A DNA stretch of 64,000 nucleotides from Perna viridis. Taxonomy: Eukaryota. Positions 37,197-49,890 of this stretch are shown piece by piece (the first letter of the stretch is position 1; each line of letters opens with the position of its first letter). The position numbers and the translations under genes are program-made. The notes beneath the pieces are model-generated. The model had not been told where the DNA came from and made no database searches. It worked only from the letters and a program-made list of their open reading frames with translations. Location: contig CM074515.1 in assembly GCA_037379345.1 (NCBI GenBank), forward strand, positions 24,056,001-24,120,000, written 5' to 3'.

Positions 37197-40100
37197 ATGA
37201 TGAATGCGGCACAGTTAACAAGAACAGTATCAGTTGGGACGTTTGTGACATCTTGTTTTGCGACAACTATAGGAGTAATTGTATCTGTCAGTTTCCTGAC
37301 ATTTAATCTCTTCCACAGAGAGAAAAGGTAAATTTTGTCACTAGAACATTGACATTATCGGTTTATCTGCTTAAAGTAAACTTTCGCAATTATTCTTTTG
37401 GCTTAGCTTAATTTGATAATCAGCAAAAGGATATGGAGTGGACTGATTCAAATAGGATGACATGTTTAAAACATTTTTAATCACATAACTTCTTAAAGTC
37501 CAAATTGGATTCCTGTGAGGAAATAGTAATTCAAGCTTAAGCCTTAAGTAAAGTCACTCGTTGTACGCAAGAATATTGTATAGTGTTATAACGGCCTGCG
37601 TTATACTATTTTAAGTTTCATTTTGTTTTTCAGATTCATGAAAATGTCGAGTCCCAACTTAAACGTTCTGATAAGTATCGGGGGTGTAACCTTAAACACG
37701 GTATGTCTTCTATATGGAATGGACTACTTCTTCGCAGAGAGATACGATGAAGCCACTGTTACGTGCCAGGTACGAAAGTGTTGTTTTACTATTGTCTTAA
37801 ACGTTATCACAAATTAACTTTTAAAGGTGATTTTAAAGCTTTTGACTGTGATTCAAGGCTTATTCATTACTCTTACTTTTTTTTATTTATCTATTTCATC
37901 CTCGACAATGTTGATTGTTTCCAATCATTTTACGACTTTTAATTTTTCGGTTCCATGGTTCCATTTAATAACAAAATTACTTGGTCAACAGAAACAAGAT
38001 TTTAATACCAGTTTGACATTACGAATCTTTGTCAGATTTCGAGTCTTCAATTTGAAAGTAGGGTATTTGACGCGTGAAACAATTCATTGAGATATATGCT
38101 TGTTTTTTTCATTTTTTTCAGATGAGGTTATGGATGATTTTGCTTGCAATATCACTAATGTTTGGACCCATATTTACAAAAAGTTGGCGTGTATATAAAA
38201 TATTCCATTACGCAGGCATCAAGAAAGTGGTAAATATTTCTTAACACCATATCTCCCTATGTCGCCTTTTGTATTGGAACTTTGAATGATTTAATTTGTG
38301 TTATGATTTTCATGGACCCTTTCTTCTGCAGTGGTTTGATTGTGTTTTTATACGTATATCTTGATAATCTCTATATCGAAATGTTAGTGTAATCCCCTCT
38401 CCGATCTGTTCATAGTCAGGTTAAAAAACGGCGAGCATACAAGAACACGACCAATGCGTTGTTTGTTGTTTGCGGTAGGAAGATGATTGCTTTGTTAATG
38501 GACTAATTCAGAAATTTAACTTCTGTCCATGAAAACGACGTTGCGCCGTCACAGCGTACCAATCAGGAGTGTCACGAACAATAACAATCCCAGAGTTACA
38601 TAGAGTTTCTGAATTGGTCCTTTGTGTTGGAAAAAATTTCGTTGGTAACCGGAATACACATTTTCTCATTGTTCATCAATACTTTAAAATAATGATTTTT
38701 TTTAAATTTCAGGTCATAAAAGACACACGTCTGTTTCTGATTTGTGGAATCATAATGTGTATTGACGCAGCTTTGTTATTTATCTGGCAAATTGTAGACC
38801 TTTTACGATCTCAACAAGTCAGGTTACTGGAAGAGGTAAAACAAATAACATTTTGAAGAGATAAATAGTCAATTCCAATCATTTAATGAAATATGCGTGC
38901 ACCTAGCATTTAATATGATCGGTCATTTTAATGCCGTACACCAACTTATTTCTGTCAAACTTTCGACTATTATCCAGTTTCTCACGAGTATTGGTCTACG
39001 TAATTCCTCTTTACGTTTTCAAAGCTGTACAGTGGTTTTCAAAGGGATTGGCACGACCATGAATTATACAGATTCACCAGATAGCGTCACATTAAAAATA
39101 TTGTTCTTAATAATTAAAAGAACGACAACACTTCCGGCGCAAGCCATCAATCATCGAATGTAATAATACCTCTGATCTATTTGTATTCATTAAAACCAAA
39201 ATAATGTTATTCATGCTTTACTTTCTTATCTTCATTAAAGTATGTTTTTATCTACTAAACATTTTATTTTGTTTATTATAGGATGAAGTAACTAACACAA
39301 CATCCGTACAAAGAAATATCATCCAAGTTCAGACGTGTTCATCCAACAACATCAACGTCTGGATCACCATTATTGTCACATGGAAAACCTTATTCTTTTC
39401 CTATGGATTATTTGTGGCATGGAAAACGAGAAATGTTTTACTTCCACCGATGAAAGATTCACCAAGCATAGTTATAAGCGTTATTTTTACCATGTGTTGG
39501 ACGTCACTGGCTGTTGTGATATCGTCATCACTTCGTCACGACCCGGATGCAGTATATGTTCTTCATATTTTATGTATCACTGTTTGTAGTATTGTTGTAC
39601 AGATTTCTGTTTTCTTTCCAAAGGTAATTGTTATATTGAAAAGAATCTTCATTTTCTTTAAACATGTATACATGTATTAGTGCATATCTACCGACACCCC
39701 AGTCATTGCTATATAATGTCATGTTATCTCCCCTTTCAATCAAATTATACGTGTGAAAATGAGTATCAAAAAAGAAAAGTAGCACGCACTTGCTATATAA
39801 TGTCTTCTCATTGCTTTTTAGAATGTGTTCCAGACATTTTCAAAATTTTAATTATTCAATATGTATAGCACATACACAATTAGTTCAGGAGGAAGGTTAA
39901 TGTAAAAAAAAAGCAATGGATCCAGGGGTGGAATGTCGGAGGTTTGACATATTCTTTTGTAATCTCTTGATAATTTTGCAAATGATGGCACTTAACCGAC
40001 CTACATGTATGTAAATTAATTGAATTTTCCCCTTTTTAATGGTTAATTTCTAAAATCACTCCTGAATATTTAAGTAGCGTGTTTGCTTACATTTATTATT

Positions 40101-41339
40101 CAAACTTACACATCGAAGACAATTTTACTTAATTTTTCATGTCATTCAATTATACACCATTAAATGTTTCGATTCAGGTTATGTATTGGTGGAAGACGCC
40201 TATAGAAAATCCTGTACGGCTATCGACGTCGGTTTACGACTATGGAGGAACGCATACCGAGGAGGAAATGTGTCAGCTCATTGCAGAAAACAGGGTTCTG
40301 AAAAAGACACTCAACGAGGTAATCGTTCATCGGGTCTGATTCAACGGATATTATTTCGATGAAAAAAAAAAAGGAATATTTTTTCTTCAAAAATGGATAC
40401 ATAAGCCGTTGCAACCAATACAACCGACTTGTCCGTTCTAACCTCTTGGTTGTTTTAAAAAGTAAAAAATACTGTTAATTATGCGCTATTCAATCAAAAA
40501 GAATGCATCTACATCTGTTATGTACGTCAAATTTATAATGATGCCATTACTTCTATTTATTGCAGAAGTCAACTCGTTTATCAAAACTTGAAGCTAATTT
40601 ACAAACAGCAAAAGACAGATTAAAGATCATATCAATTAAAGACTTCAAACTAGACACGGGTATTGATGTAGATTTAACTGAACTTAAACTTGACAGTGGC
40701 TTAGATGTGGATTTGTCGGAGTTATCGAGTACCCATGAACATCCGTCCTTTAAAACTTTCGACAATAGACGTGCAGTCGACAGTTATCTTAACTTCACTT
40801 GCACGACGGAAGAACAAAACGTCGAAAGTGGGAAGAACTCGCCGGAAAAGGTTCAAAGGTCTAATTCATTCAGTGGGCGTGATACAGGATTTAGAAAACA
40901 AAAATCACGATCAAGCATATGCAGTATACAAAGCTATTTCCGGTCCTCGGAGTATTATGAAGAACTCCGAGAGACAATGAAATCAAAGAATGATATTGTA
41001 GGTTCAGTTGCCAAAAGTTATAATTTAGATGACACTGACGATACCCATTCCTATGTCAGTAGCTATATACCTCTCAGAAGTACGCGTCGGAAACTTAGTT
41101 ATCCAATCAGAGACAGCGAGTTTTATGTACCTTCTGATATCAGTACTACCTTGTCTAATGACCAGCTTTATCCAGACGATTACGATATTAATGAGACAAA
41201 AGTATCTAGACCAGAGAACATTGATAAACCAGCTGGGTCAAAGACAAAGCGACAGAAGAAGTACAAAAGACCAAAACCCTCATACGAAAGAACAAAACGA
41301 GGTGACAAAATTGTTGTTAGAAAGTGTTATTATTTGTAG
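37197..41339 (+). CDS. GPR156: Class C GPCR of the GABA-B-related group lacking an ectodomain (GPR156-like), 7 coding exons, about 584 aa
   Basis: Exons: 37197-37327, 37634-37769, 38122-38229, 38713-38835, 39282-39623, 40178-40318, 40566-41339. GT-AG, in frame, 1755 nt. Motifs FL.FN...R..R.MKMSSPNLN, FGPIFTKSWRVYKIF, VIKD..L, C.S.....W, YGLFVAWKTRNV, VFFPK, then a coiled coil (LIAENRVLKKTLNEKSTRLSKLEANL). Kozak-like ACCATG; AATAAA at 41370. The symbol is inferred from architecture; orthology was not tested. Confidence 0.85.
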
Positions 41340-41796
41340 ATTGTCGTTGTACTTTGTGGTGATGTATAAAATAAAGTTTTGAAATCCTATATATTGCTGT
41401 TTTTCTCTGTTAGTCACATCTACAAGCCTTTAGTCGGAACAAATGGATGCATTAATGTGCGGATGAATATTTCTCTTTAATATATAGAAATTGGAGAGAA
41501 ATATTTTAAAACTTGTGTGTTGGCTATTCGGAAAAGTTTCAGGTATCGTGCTGATATCACCTGGATTCTCTATTTATTGAAAATACTATGACCTAAATTG
41601 GGCTGAAATATTCATCTCGGTGGGGTTGTTGTCTCTTTGACATATACACCATACCTATTATCGTTATATGACGTCAAGAAGTTTGGAAGAACGTGGAAAG
41701 CTGTGCTAAATTAGAACTTAATTCATGAGTCTGCATTCGTAGGTGGACAAAAAGTTCGGACTAAACGTTATACTGACATAATTCTACATTGAGTCA

Positions 41797-42011
41797 TACC
41801 GTATAGCTGATCATTTTCTCCGGTGTAAAATTTCGCGGTAGGTTTATTCAATTTTTGTGGTCTTTATTTTTCGAGTTTTCAGATTTAATGGAATGAAAAT
41901 TATATGTAAAACATCTGTAATTAAATTCTGCGAGCTTTTATCATCGCGATTCCCCGAACCTTCAAATACTGAAAAACTTAAAACCTCGCGAAAATTTCAG
42001 ACACACTCGTA
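41797..42011. mobile_element. Degenerate TA-flanked MITE related to 29430-29634
   Basis: taccgtatagctg...aaatttcgcgg ... cgcgaaaatttcagacacactcgta. Confidence 0.45.
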
Positions 42012-42478
42012 ATGAACTCAATTTAAACTTCCAAAGAGTGAAACTTGCCATCATGTTAACCAAGAGTCGTAAATGTAATATATGATCAAAGTCAGGGTGT
42101 CACACTAAGAATTTTGAAAAAAATACTTTGACTTGATGACGTGCGTTAAGAAAACCGTTCAGAGATTTTATTGCATTGATGTCTTGTAAATACAGTTCGC
42201 TCATATTTTACGCACACTTTTTATCAAGTAATGCAATATTGTCTCATACGTATATGTCTCATTAATTTTGCTTTTATCTGTTGTTGGATAGAGTTGGGGA
42301 CAATTTTTATAGGTTTAAACTGGTCTGCGGCTGGCATGTTAGCTAAACTGTGCGTAGTCGTTAATTTGTACATATGTGTCAGTTACAAATCGGTTTCTTT
42401 ATTTCCGTTGTAAAAAAGGAACCATACCTTTTTGAACTGATTTCAGGTATGTTTAGTTGTGTAATACTTTTCCACAAT

Positions 42479-42800
42479 GGCCAGATTTTAAAGGGACAGG
42501 GAGTGGTCACGTCAAATTACTTTAACGCCGCCGCATTTTTTGTGCATGTTCACAAGTCAGGAGTTTCTAGCCTTTGTATGTCTCGTTTTGTTTTCACCTT
42601 CGCTTTATTTTCATGTTACTTGAGTATATAGGGGCAACTCTTTCGTTGTACCTGTGTATAAAGATGTTTTTGGGCCAGCTCCAGCCTGCCCTGTGGTGTA
42701 ATGGTTTCCTTGAAGACCAATTGGTGGCTTTGCGCTGATATTTTCAACCCGGTGGTGTTGTTGTGTCTTTGATATATTCACCAAACATATTCTCGTTATA
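42479..42800 (+). mobile_element. Dispersed repeat (second family) starting with a degenerate twister-like motif (42479-42572)
   Basis: ggccaga...aagggacaggg-agtggt/attact hairpin-ttaa-cgcc-gc-cgca/tgtg-catgttcacaagtcagg...tctagcc. Homologous to the minus-strand copy at 60767-60863. Confidence 0.55.
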
Positions 42801-42843
42801 TAGTATACGAATTTCTAGTAAAAAACTATTTGCAGATTTATAT

Positions 42844-45800
42844 TTATGCAACACAAAAACCAGAGTGCTGTATTTGTATCGATGGGTCGTCACAATTCAC
42901 CTTATCCAGTGCACATCTACAAAATTGCAGAAATTATTATTGTTGAGGTTGAAAACAGAATTGTATATTGAACGCTGTGCGCAACGTCATAGCATATTAC
43001 AACTTTGATAAAAAGTTATACACAGTCATTCGGAGAACTTTCAAATTTGTTTTCATGAAAGAGTGCTATCATACTTGCTATCTCAGACTGTACCATACTT
43101 TTGAACAAATATTTTTTCTTATGATTTGAAAAGAAACCAAATATATTGTGTATGCCTAACCGCATTACACGTTTGAAACGATTAATAAAACAAAGAAGTT
43201 TTCATTCTAATATCAGAAGCAGAATATTGCATTATATCTAGAAAAATAATACAAAAATGCATATCTATATATATATATATACTTATTCAGATACGTCCTT
43301 CCATCTGTACCACATACAAGTGCTTTGTCAGCAAGAGAACACGAAACTCTGTCTTTGTTGTCACAGAACAGTTGTTGCATTTGATCACGCGATGGAGTAG
43401 GTCCTTGTCTAATTGTTGTTGGTATTGTTGATGGTGAAGGTGTTGTGGTGCTTATGGTAGTTGACTTTTGTTGACTCGTTGATTTTGATGGTTGTGTAGC
43501 AATTGATGTTGTCTTGCTCATCACAGTTGTTGTTGGATGACGTGCTAATGTGGATGGCTGCGTGGTAATAGATGGTTTGATACCTAGTGTCGTTGGTTGA
43601 CGTGCTAATGTGGATGGTTGCGTGGTACTAGATGGTTTCATACCTGGTGTTGTTGATTGCTCTGTGAAATAGTTAGTTGTAACTTGTACTGAAGCCGATG
43701 GAATTTTTGTTTTTAAAGATGTCGATTGTTTCATCGATACCACCATTGTTGTAGGGTGTGTTTTGGATATTGTAGAACTCATTGACGATTCAATCATATT
43801 TTGCGTTGTTTTTATCTGTGAAGTGGAAGATGAAAGCAGATTCATTATTTTAGAAGATGTAGTGGTTGAAAATGGTGCTTCAGATGTAGAGGAAATTCGT
43901 GTTGATGATTTAATTGGTTGCCTTGTAGTAGTTCTGATCTGCGCTGTAGTTTTCGTAAACAATGTGGGTAATCGGGTCGCTGACATTGTAGTTTTTAAGG
44001 ATAATTCCGTCTTCATGGACAAAGAAGTTTGTGTTGGTGCATTAGTTGTTGAAATTGGTGTTAGTGTTATTGGCTTTAACGATTGTTCTGTTGACGCTAC
44101 AGTTGATGGCGTCGATGGCATGTCCAAACAACCGAAGTTTGTGTCGAAAATGATGGAACTATCTGCACATTGGGCTTTATCAAAATAACAGCTGAAATGA
44201 GGAAAAATAATTGATATGGAAAAAATTCCTTATAACCAGTGATACTGTATTCAAGTTAAAGGGAATGCCTATCACCCTAGTAGTAGTTGAGTATACATAG
44301 TTGTAGAACAAAAGAAAAAAAAGAAGCAGACCATCAACACCTGTTTTCTTTCCACGCATAAAATAAAGTAAACATTTGTTGATGTAACGTTATTAAACAA
44401 ATCATAACGGCGCCACGCGTTAGCAACTGGCAGAGCCTGAGATACACATAAGCTCTTGGGTTGATTTCAGTAACTTCACGATTGTCTTCTTAACTTTGTT
44501 ATCAACAGTTTGTAGAAGCTTAATTCTGAATGTAGGTTCAATCTCAGGAAATCCACTGCTTATGTCCCGCATGGAAACTTATCCTGTTTGATTATTTGTG
44601 ATTTTCGTTTTCGAAAAAAAAAACATTTGGTAATTAATTTTGCATTGGAATACATTTAACATGATGTAATTACTTTTATGTCCTGTTATAAATGCAGGTT
44701 TTCCAAGTCGGGATGCGTTACGGGTCATTTCTTTTGCAAAAATGGATAGAATTATTACTTATCAAGGAGTTTCGATGTAATTTTGGCATGAGATATGATA
44801 ACTTACAAATTCGAGTAGACGTGTCCTTGTGTATCGCAAACTCTTTCATCTTTATCAACTGTCATCTTGCTACAGTCTAGATGGACAATCTGGAAACATA
44901 ATTCATGGAGACTGGTGGTTCCAAATACACCTTGAATCACCATTACTACAATGTAATAACCTTATCTATGATATTTCAATTCTTTGATTAAAATAAATGC
45001 AGAGTGAGATACATCAACAGACCAAAACATGTAGTCATATAGATACACGAATATAACACCAGGAAAGGAAATAAAATTTAAATTTTCACTTCAAAGTTTT
45101 TTTTAATGAACATACATGGGGATGTTGTGCTCTCAGTTGCTTATTACGCAAAATGGAATGGTCATTTAAAACCTCCTAAATTGCATTTAGTGATTTTATC
45201 AATATAAAGTGTAAAATAATTGCAAGGGGTCAAATAATTTATCAATGTATTACTTCAGAGCATTTATCTATGCCCTACAACCCGTGTGGATCATATGGCC
45301 ACAACAAGTTCCCTCAACCGGGCGTTCAACAGACACCAAATTCTTGGAAGATGGTCAATTGAAGCTTTTCAAACCTCTTTCAATACGTTTAACATCTATA
45401 CTCACAACCATCAAAGAGGCTCTGCAGTCCTACCACAACACTTGTTACTCCCGTAGTGGTATTAATTCAATGTGGATCCTGAAAAATTCGAAAGATCTTT
45501 TGGAGACAATCAGTTCAAGACTATTATCTGAATATAATAGCATTATAACCTATGATTTTTCAACATTGTATACTTCTATTCCCTATACTCAGTTAAAATC
45601 CCGACTTAAAAACATTATACATTGTTGTTTTTCCAAAAAAAAGATGGTACACCTAGATACAAATATATAGTTATTGGTAGAGATTCCTCATACTTTGTAA
45701 TACATAATTCCAAATCATCTTCTAAATAAACAGATGAAGATGTTTACAAAATGCTGGAATTTGTTATCGACAACATATCTGTCCAGTGTGGTGGACGTGT

Positions 45801-47475
45801 TTTCAACAAACGGTCGGCATTCCAATGGGAACAAATTGTGCTCCTTAACTTGCTTACCTATTCCTTCACTCTTATGAGGCTGACTTTATAGCTGATCTGA
45901 TCCGAAAGAAAGAATATCGTGTGGCTAGACCCTTTAATCTCAGTCTCAGTTTCCGCTGTATAGATGAAGTATTATCTTTAAACAATTCTAATTTCGGGGA
46001 TATGATACATCGCATCTACCCCAAAAGAACTTGAGATAAAGGATACTAGAGACACTGTGAAGTCAGCCTCAAATTTTGACCTACACTTAGAAATCTATAA
46101 TAAAGGAAAACTATTGACCAAACTTTACGACAAACGCGATGACTTTTCATTCAGAATTGTTAACTTTCCTTTTATCTGTGGCAACATCCCTTCAGAACCT
46201 GCATGAGGAATGTTCATATCACAAATCATACGTTATGCAGAGCTTGCCGAAACTACGCAGACTTTTTGTATCGCGCTAGAACTCTAACAAATAGGCTTCT
46301 GGAACAGGGTTTTGTTGCTACAAGATTGAAGCCATCACTACAGAAGTTTTATGGTCGTCGTCATGGATCCATCTGCACCATGAAAACTGATTTATTTGCT
46401 TTTGTTACTTTGTATATATGATTTTAGTTACTTTATGTTCTTAGTTGTGTATGTCTGTTTTCCATGTCTGGTCTTTGTCTCTGGATTTCATTCTTTTGAT
46501 TACCGCTATAACCTTGGTTCCCTCGATAACTCTTACATAAGTCTATATAGGCTTGGTGTTATTCTTTTATTTTATGTGATTGTATATGCTGATTGTTCTG
46601 TAAGATAAATGCGTGACACTTTAAAAAAAAACTAATTATTATCATAATTATTATTTACAGATTGTGACGGAACTACATATTGATGCATTGTACGGTGTCC
46701 GTTACCATCTTTACCCTAATTAAAACGAATTACTATTGCCACACATCAAACTATCAAAAAATTGTTTTGATGTCATTTTTGCCAGAAATATTTCATTCAA
46801 TGTTGTAAAAAAATAAAAGATACTTTTTACCCAATTTTCCAAGAATGTTCTTTACAACAATGTATCTTCATCTTTTACTTCTTAATTTTGAAAATATATA
46901 TTTTAGAAAAAAATCTCTATGCATGAATACAAATTCGGTAAATAAAGTAATAAGGTATTAGAAGAATTACTTGATTAGTATCATTTGATTGAATGTTGTA
47001 AAATTTTAAAAAGTGCATTAATTAATTATTGCAATTTCGATATTTAGTTGAAAATACGATTTTTATTTTCGCAATACTGAGAAAATCACAACCTTACCTT
47101 ATCTGCAATTATAAATGTTTCAAATATTAGGTTTTTTTATTGCGATTTTAAGCAGTTTTTTTAAGGTCAAATAGAAGATTTCAAATTGAATGTCCTAATT
47201 ATTCAATGTTATAATATCAGTGAGTACTTTTATATAACTCCTAGGCCTGACTGGTACTATCATGATTATAACATAATGTGAGGTGATTGTCAGCAAAATG
47301 AATATGGTGTGTAACATTATGCCAAAGCATTTATTAGCCAGCAGAAGCTTTCTTGTACAACTCTAAGAATTGTTTAACCATGACGGTATCGTAACAAATT
47401 TCTCTTTACTGACATTTTGTACAATGTAAACATTTCAATTAACATACCAATAGTAAACACAGCATATGATTCCAT
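42844..47475 (-). CDS. Secreted Kazal-like / Thr-Ser-Pro mucin / Kazal-like protein, paralog K3 (intact, 382 aa)
   Basis: Exons 47448-47475, 44807-44945, 43283-44191, 42844-42916, in frame, 1149 nt. Signal peptide MESYAVFTIVMVIQGVFG; domain 1 LC..DC..RVCDTQGHVYSNF|CYFDKAQC..GC; about 250-aa T/S-rich stalk; domain 2 FC..SC..VCGTDGRTYLNK|CALDKVNC..HSGFC. Probable non-coding exon ending at 47689. Confidence 0.88.
45290..46533 (+). mobile_element. Penelope-like element RT pseudogene with 3' tail, antisense in a K3 intron
   Basis: MWILKNSKDLL, YDFSTLYTSIP, VGIPMGTNCAP, FRCIDEVLSLNN (decayed YIDD), TKLYDKRDDFSFRIVNFPFICGNIP, RACRNY.DF...L..QGF....L...LQKFYGR. Frameshifts and stops present; tail 46396-46533. 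Confidence 0.9.
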
Positions 47476-48394
47476 TATCCTGAAATTTCTTCCTACACGT
47501 GACTGTATCTTATCTTTATTACGTAAGTATTCTTATACTTTAATAATCATATCTTATTATTAAGAACTTGTCTGGCCAATGTTATTGTAAATATATGTAG
47601 CAACATTAAGTCTCGTATATAAAATTATACTGAATTGTTAGATTTTCACCTTGTAAAATTGGAGTAAGTCAAGGAGAAAATCTCTTACCTATTTTGTTTT
47701 GTTTGTATCTTCTTCAATGATCTAGACTTGATCCTACAAAGTAAAACATTGTTGGGTTCAAACGATATAATTTTTGATATTGAAGAAGAATTAAATACCT
47801 TTTAAAGCTGTTCATTGTTTTATATGGTGACAACACTGTATGTATGGCAGAATCGAAAGAATACTTGCAATTGCAATTAGATGCCTTGTACGATTATTTT
47901 GGTTGTAGATAAAAGTAAGGTACCTGTTTTTCGCAAGGCAGACTGCAAACGAATCTTTGTTTCAAATATGACGATATTGAATTTGAATTTGTAAATAAAT
48001 TTATTTATCTCGGAATAACGTTTCCAAAATCAGGGAGCTTCTCAAAGGCAAAGGAAGGAAAAAATAGAAATAGCACAATGTACAAAATTGTAAAGAAAGG
48101 TAGACTACATAATCCATCTTTTGACTAAAACCCTCTGACAAGTAATTTAACCTTTTTGTTACATGAATGTGAACTTTGGGAACCAGGAGATAATCGTATT
48201 ATCGAAATGAAATGGTACATTTGAGATCTGTAAATTATTATTGCATTAAAAGACATACACACCTGTTTTCATGATATATGCGGAATAAGGCAGATAACTA
48301 CTTGATATATATATTAAATTGAGAGAAATTAATTACTGGTGCAAATAAATTCTTAGAATGCCCGAAAAGCTAACCTTTATTTTATATAATGTAA

Positions 48395-49890
48395 GAGTAA
48401 TCAAGGGAACGAGGATTTCAGCGGAATGCTAAAGATTAGATATGGAAAACATACACACATAACAAAGAAAATGAAATTACCGAAATATCACGTACAAAAA
48501 ATAGAAGTAATTGAGAAGTAATTGAGAACCTCGGGCACTGAAAACTGTGAGCATGGACAAGGTGCACTGATAAGGTATACTTTCCTAGAAATATCCACCG
48601 AGTTTCTCATAAAATGTCAAATCCTGGGTAGAATAAAGAGGAAAGGAAAACTATGACACGTTGAAAGAGCAACCAAGGGAGCCAAGGTTATAGCGGCAAC
48701 GAAAAGAACGCAACCCAAGGACAACGACCAGACATGGAAGACACACACAACAAAGAACTTAAAGTAACTAAAATAATACATACAAATAAACAAAAGCAAA
48801 TGAGCAACTCCGCTAAAACCTGGGAGCATATGGACCAGGTGCACCAACAGGGTAGCGTCCTAAAAGTTAGTTGAAAAATTCTGAATGAAAAGTCATCACG
48901 TAACGTTTGTCGTAAAGTTTGGTCAATAGGTTTACCTTACCGTCGATTTCACAGGCTGACATCACAGTGCCTTTAGTAACCTTTATCTCAAGTTCTTGTG
49001 GTAGATGCAATGTATCAAATCCCCCAAACTAGGATTGTTTAAAGATAATACGTTGAACAAATTAATAATACTAATAGCATGGACAAGGTGCACCGATAAG
49101 GTAAACTTTTTATAGACATACCGACCGAGTTTCTTATAAAATGTCAAATTCGGGGTAGACTAAAGAGGAAAGGAAGACTATGACACGTTGAAAGAGCAAC
49201 CAAGGGAACCAAGGTTCTAGTGGCAACCAAAAGAACGCAACCTAGGGACAAAGACCAGACATGGAAAACAGATACACACAACAAAAGAACAAATTGGTTA
49301 TCATAATGCAGATAGATACACCATAACGATCCACGAGTTCATGATGGTGATCATAGAACTTCTGTAGTGATGACTATAATTTTGTAGCAAAATATCTTTG
49401 CCCCGGCAACCCAATTTGTAAGAATTCTAGCATGATTGAAAAATTCTGTGTAGTTTCGACAAGCTCTGGCATAACGTATGAGTTGTAATATGAAAACTCC
49501 ATACGCAAGTGCTGAAGGGATGTCACCCAGATGAACGGAAAGTTGAAAATACTGAATGAGAAGTATTGTCGTATTGCTTTGTCAATATATATCCTTTACC
49601 ATCAACCTGTAAGTGTATGTATGATATAAGACTTACTTAACAGTGTCTGTATGGTATTTTTTCTCAGTTTCTTTGAGGTAGGTGCGGTGTATAAAGTACC
49701 CGAATCTATAATTTGTTTTTAAATACTTCATTTACACAGCGGGAATTGAGATCAAAGACAAAATAATATACTTTCTTTGGAATCATATCAGCTTTAAAGT
49801 CAGTATCATTAGGATAAAGGAATAGGTCAGAAGCGTAGCACAATTTGTTCTCATTGGAATACCAACCGTTTGTTGAAAAACCTGCAAGTG
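48395..49890 (-). mobile_element. Degenerate PLE RT fragment (49310-49890) followed by a head-to-tail array of PLE 3' tails
   Basis: Minus-strand GIPM.TNCA, IHR.Y, FNFPFI.G.IPSA.AYGVF.SQLIRY.RAC. Tail segments at about 49076-49290 and 48395-48860. The junction gttgaa|agagcaaccaaggg occurs twice (about 48660 and 49187). Confidence 0.8.

Noticed and set aside
43763-44188. Plus-strand Val-rich ORF (also 59796-60014)
   Set aside because: Antisense shadow of the Thr-rich mucin exons.
46204-46206. In-frame TGA in the PLE as selenocysteine
   Set aside because: It falls at the Tyr of the PAYG motif in a copy with many other lesions; ordinary decay is more likely.
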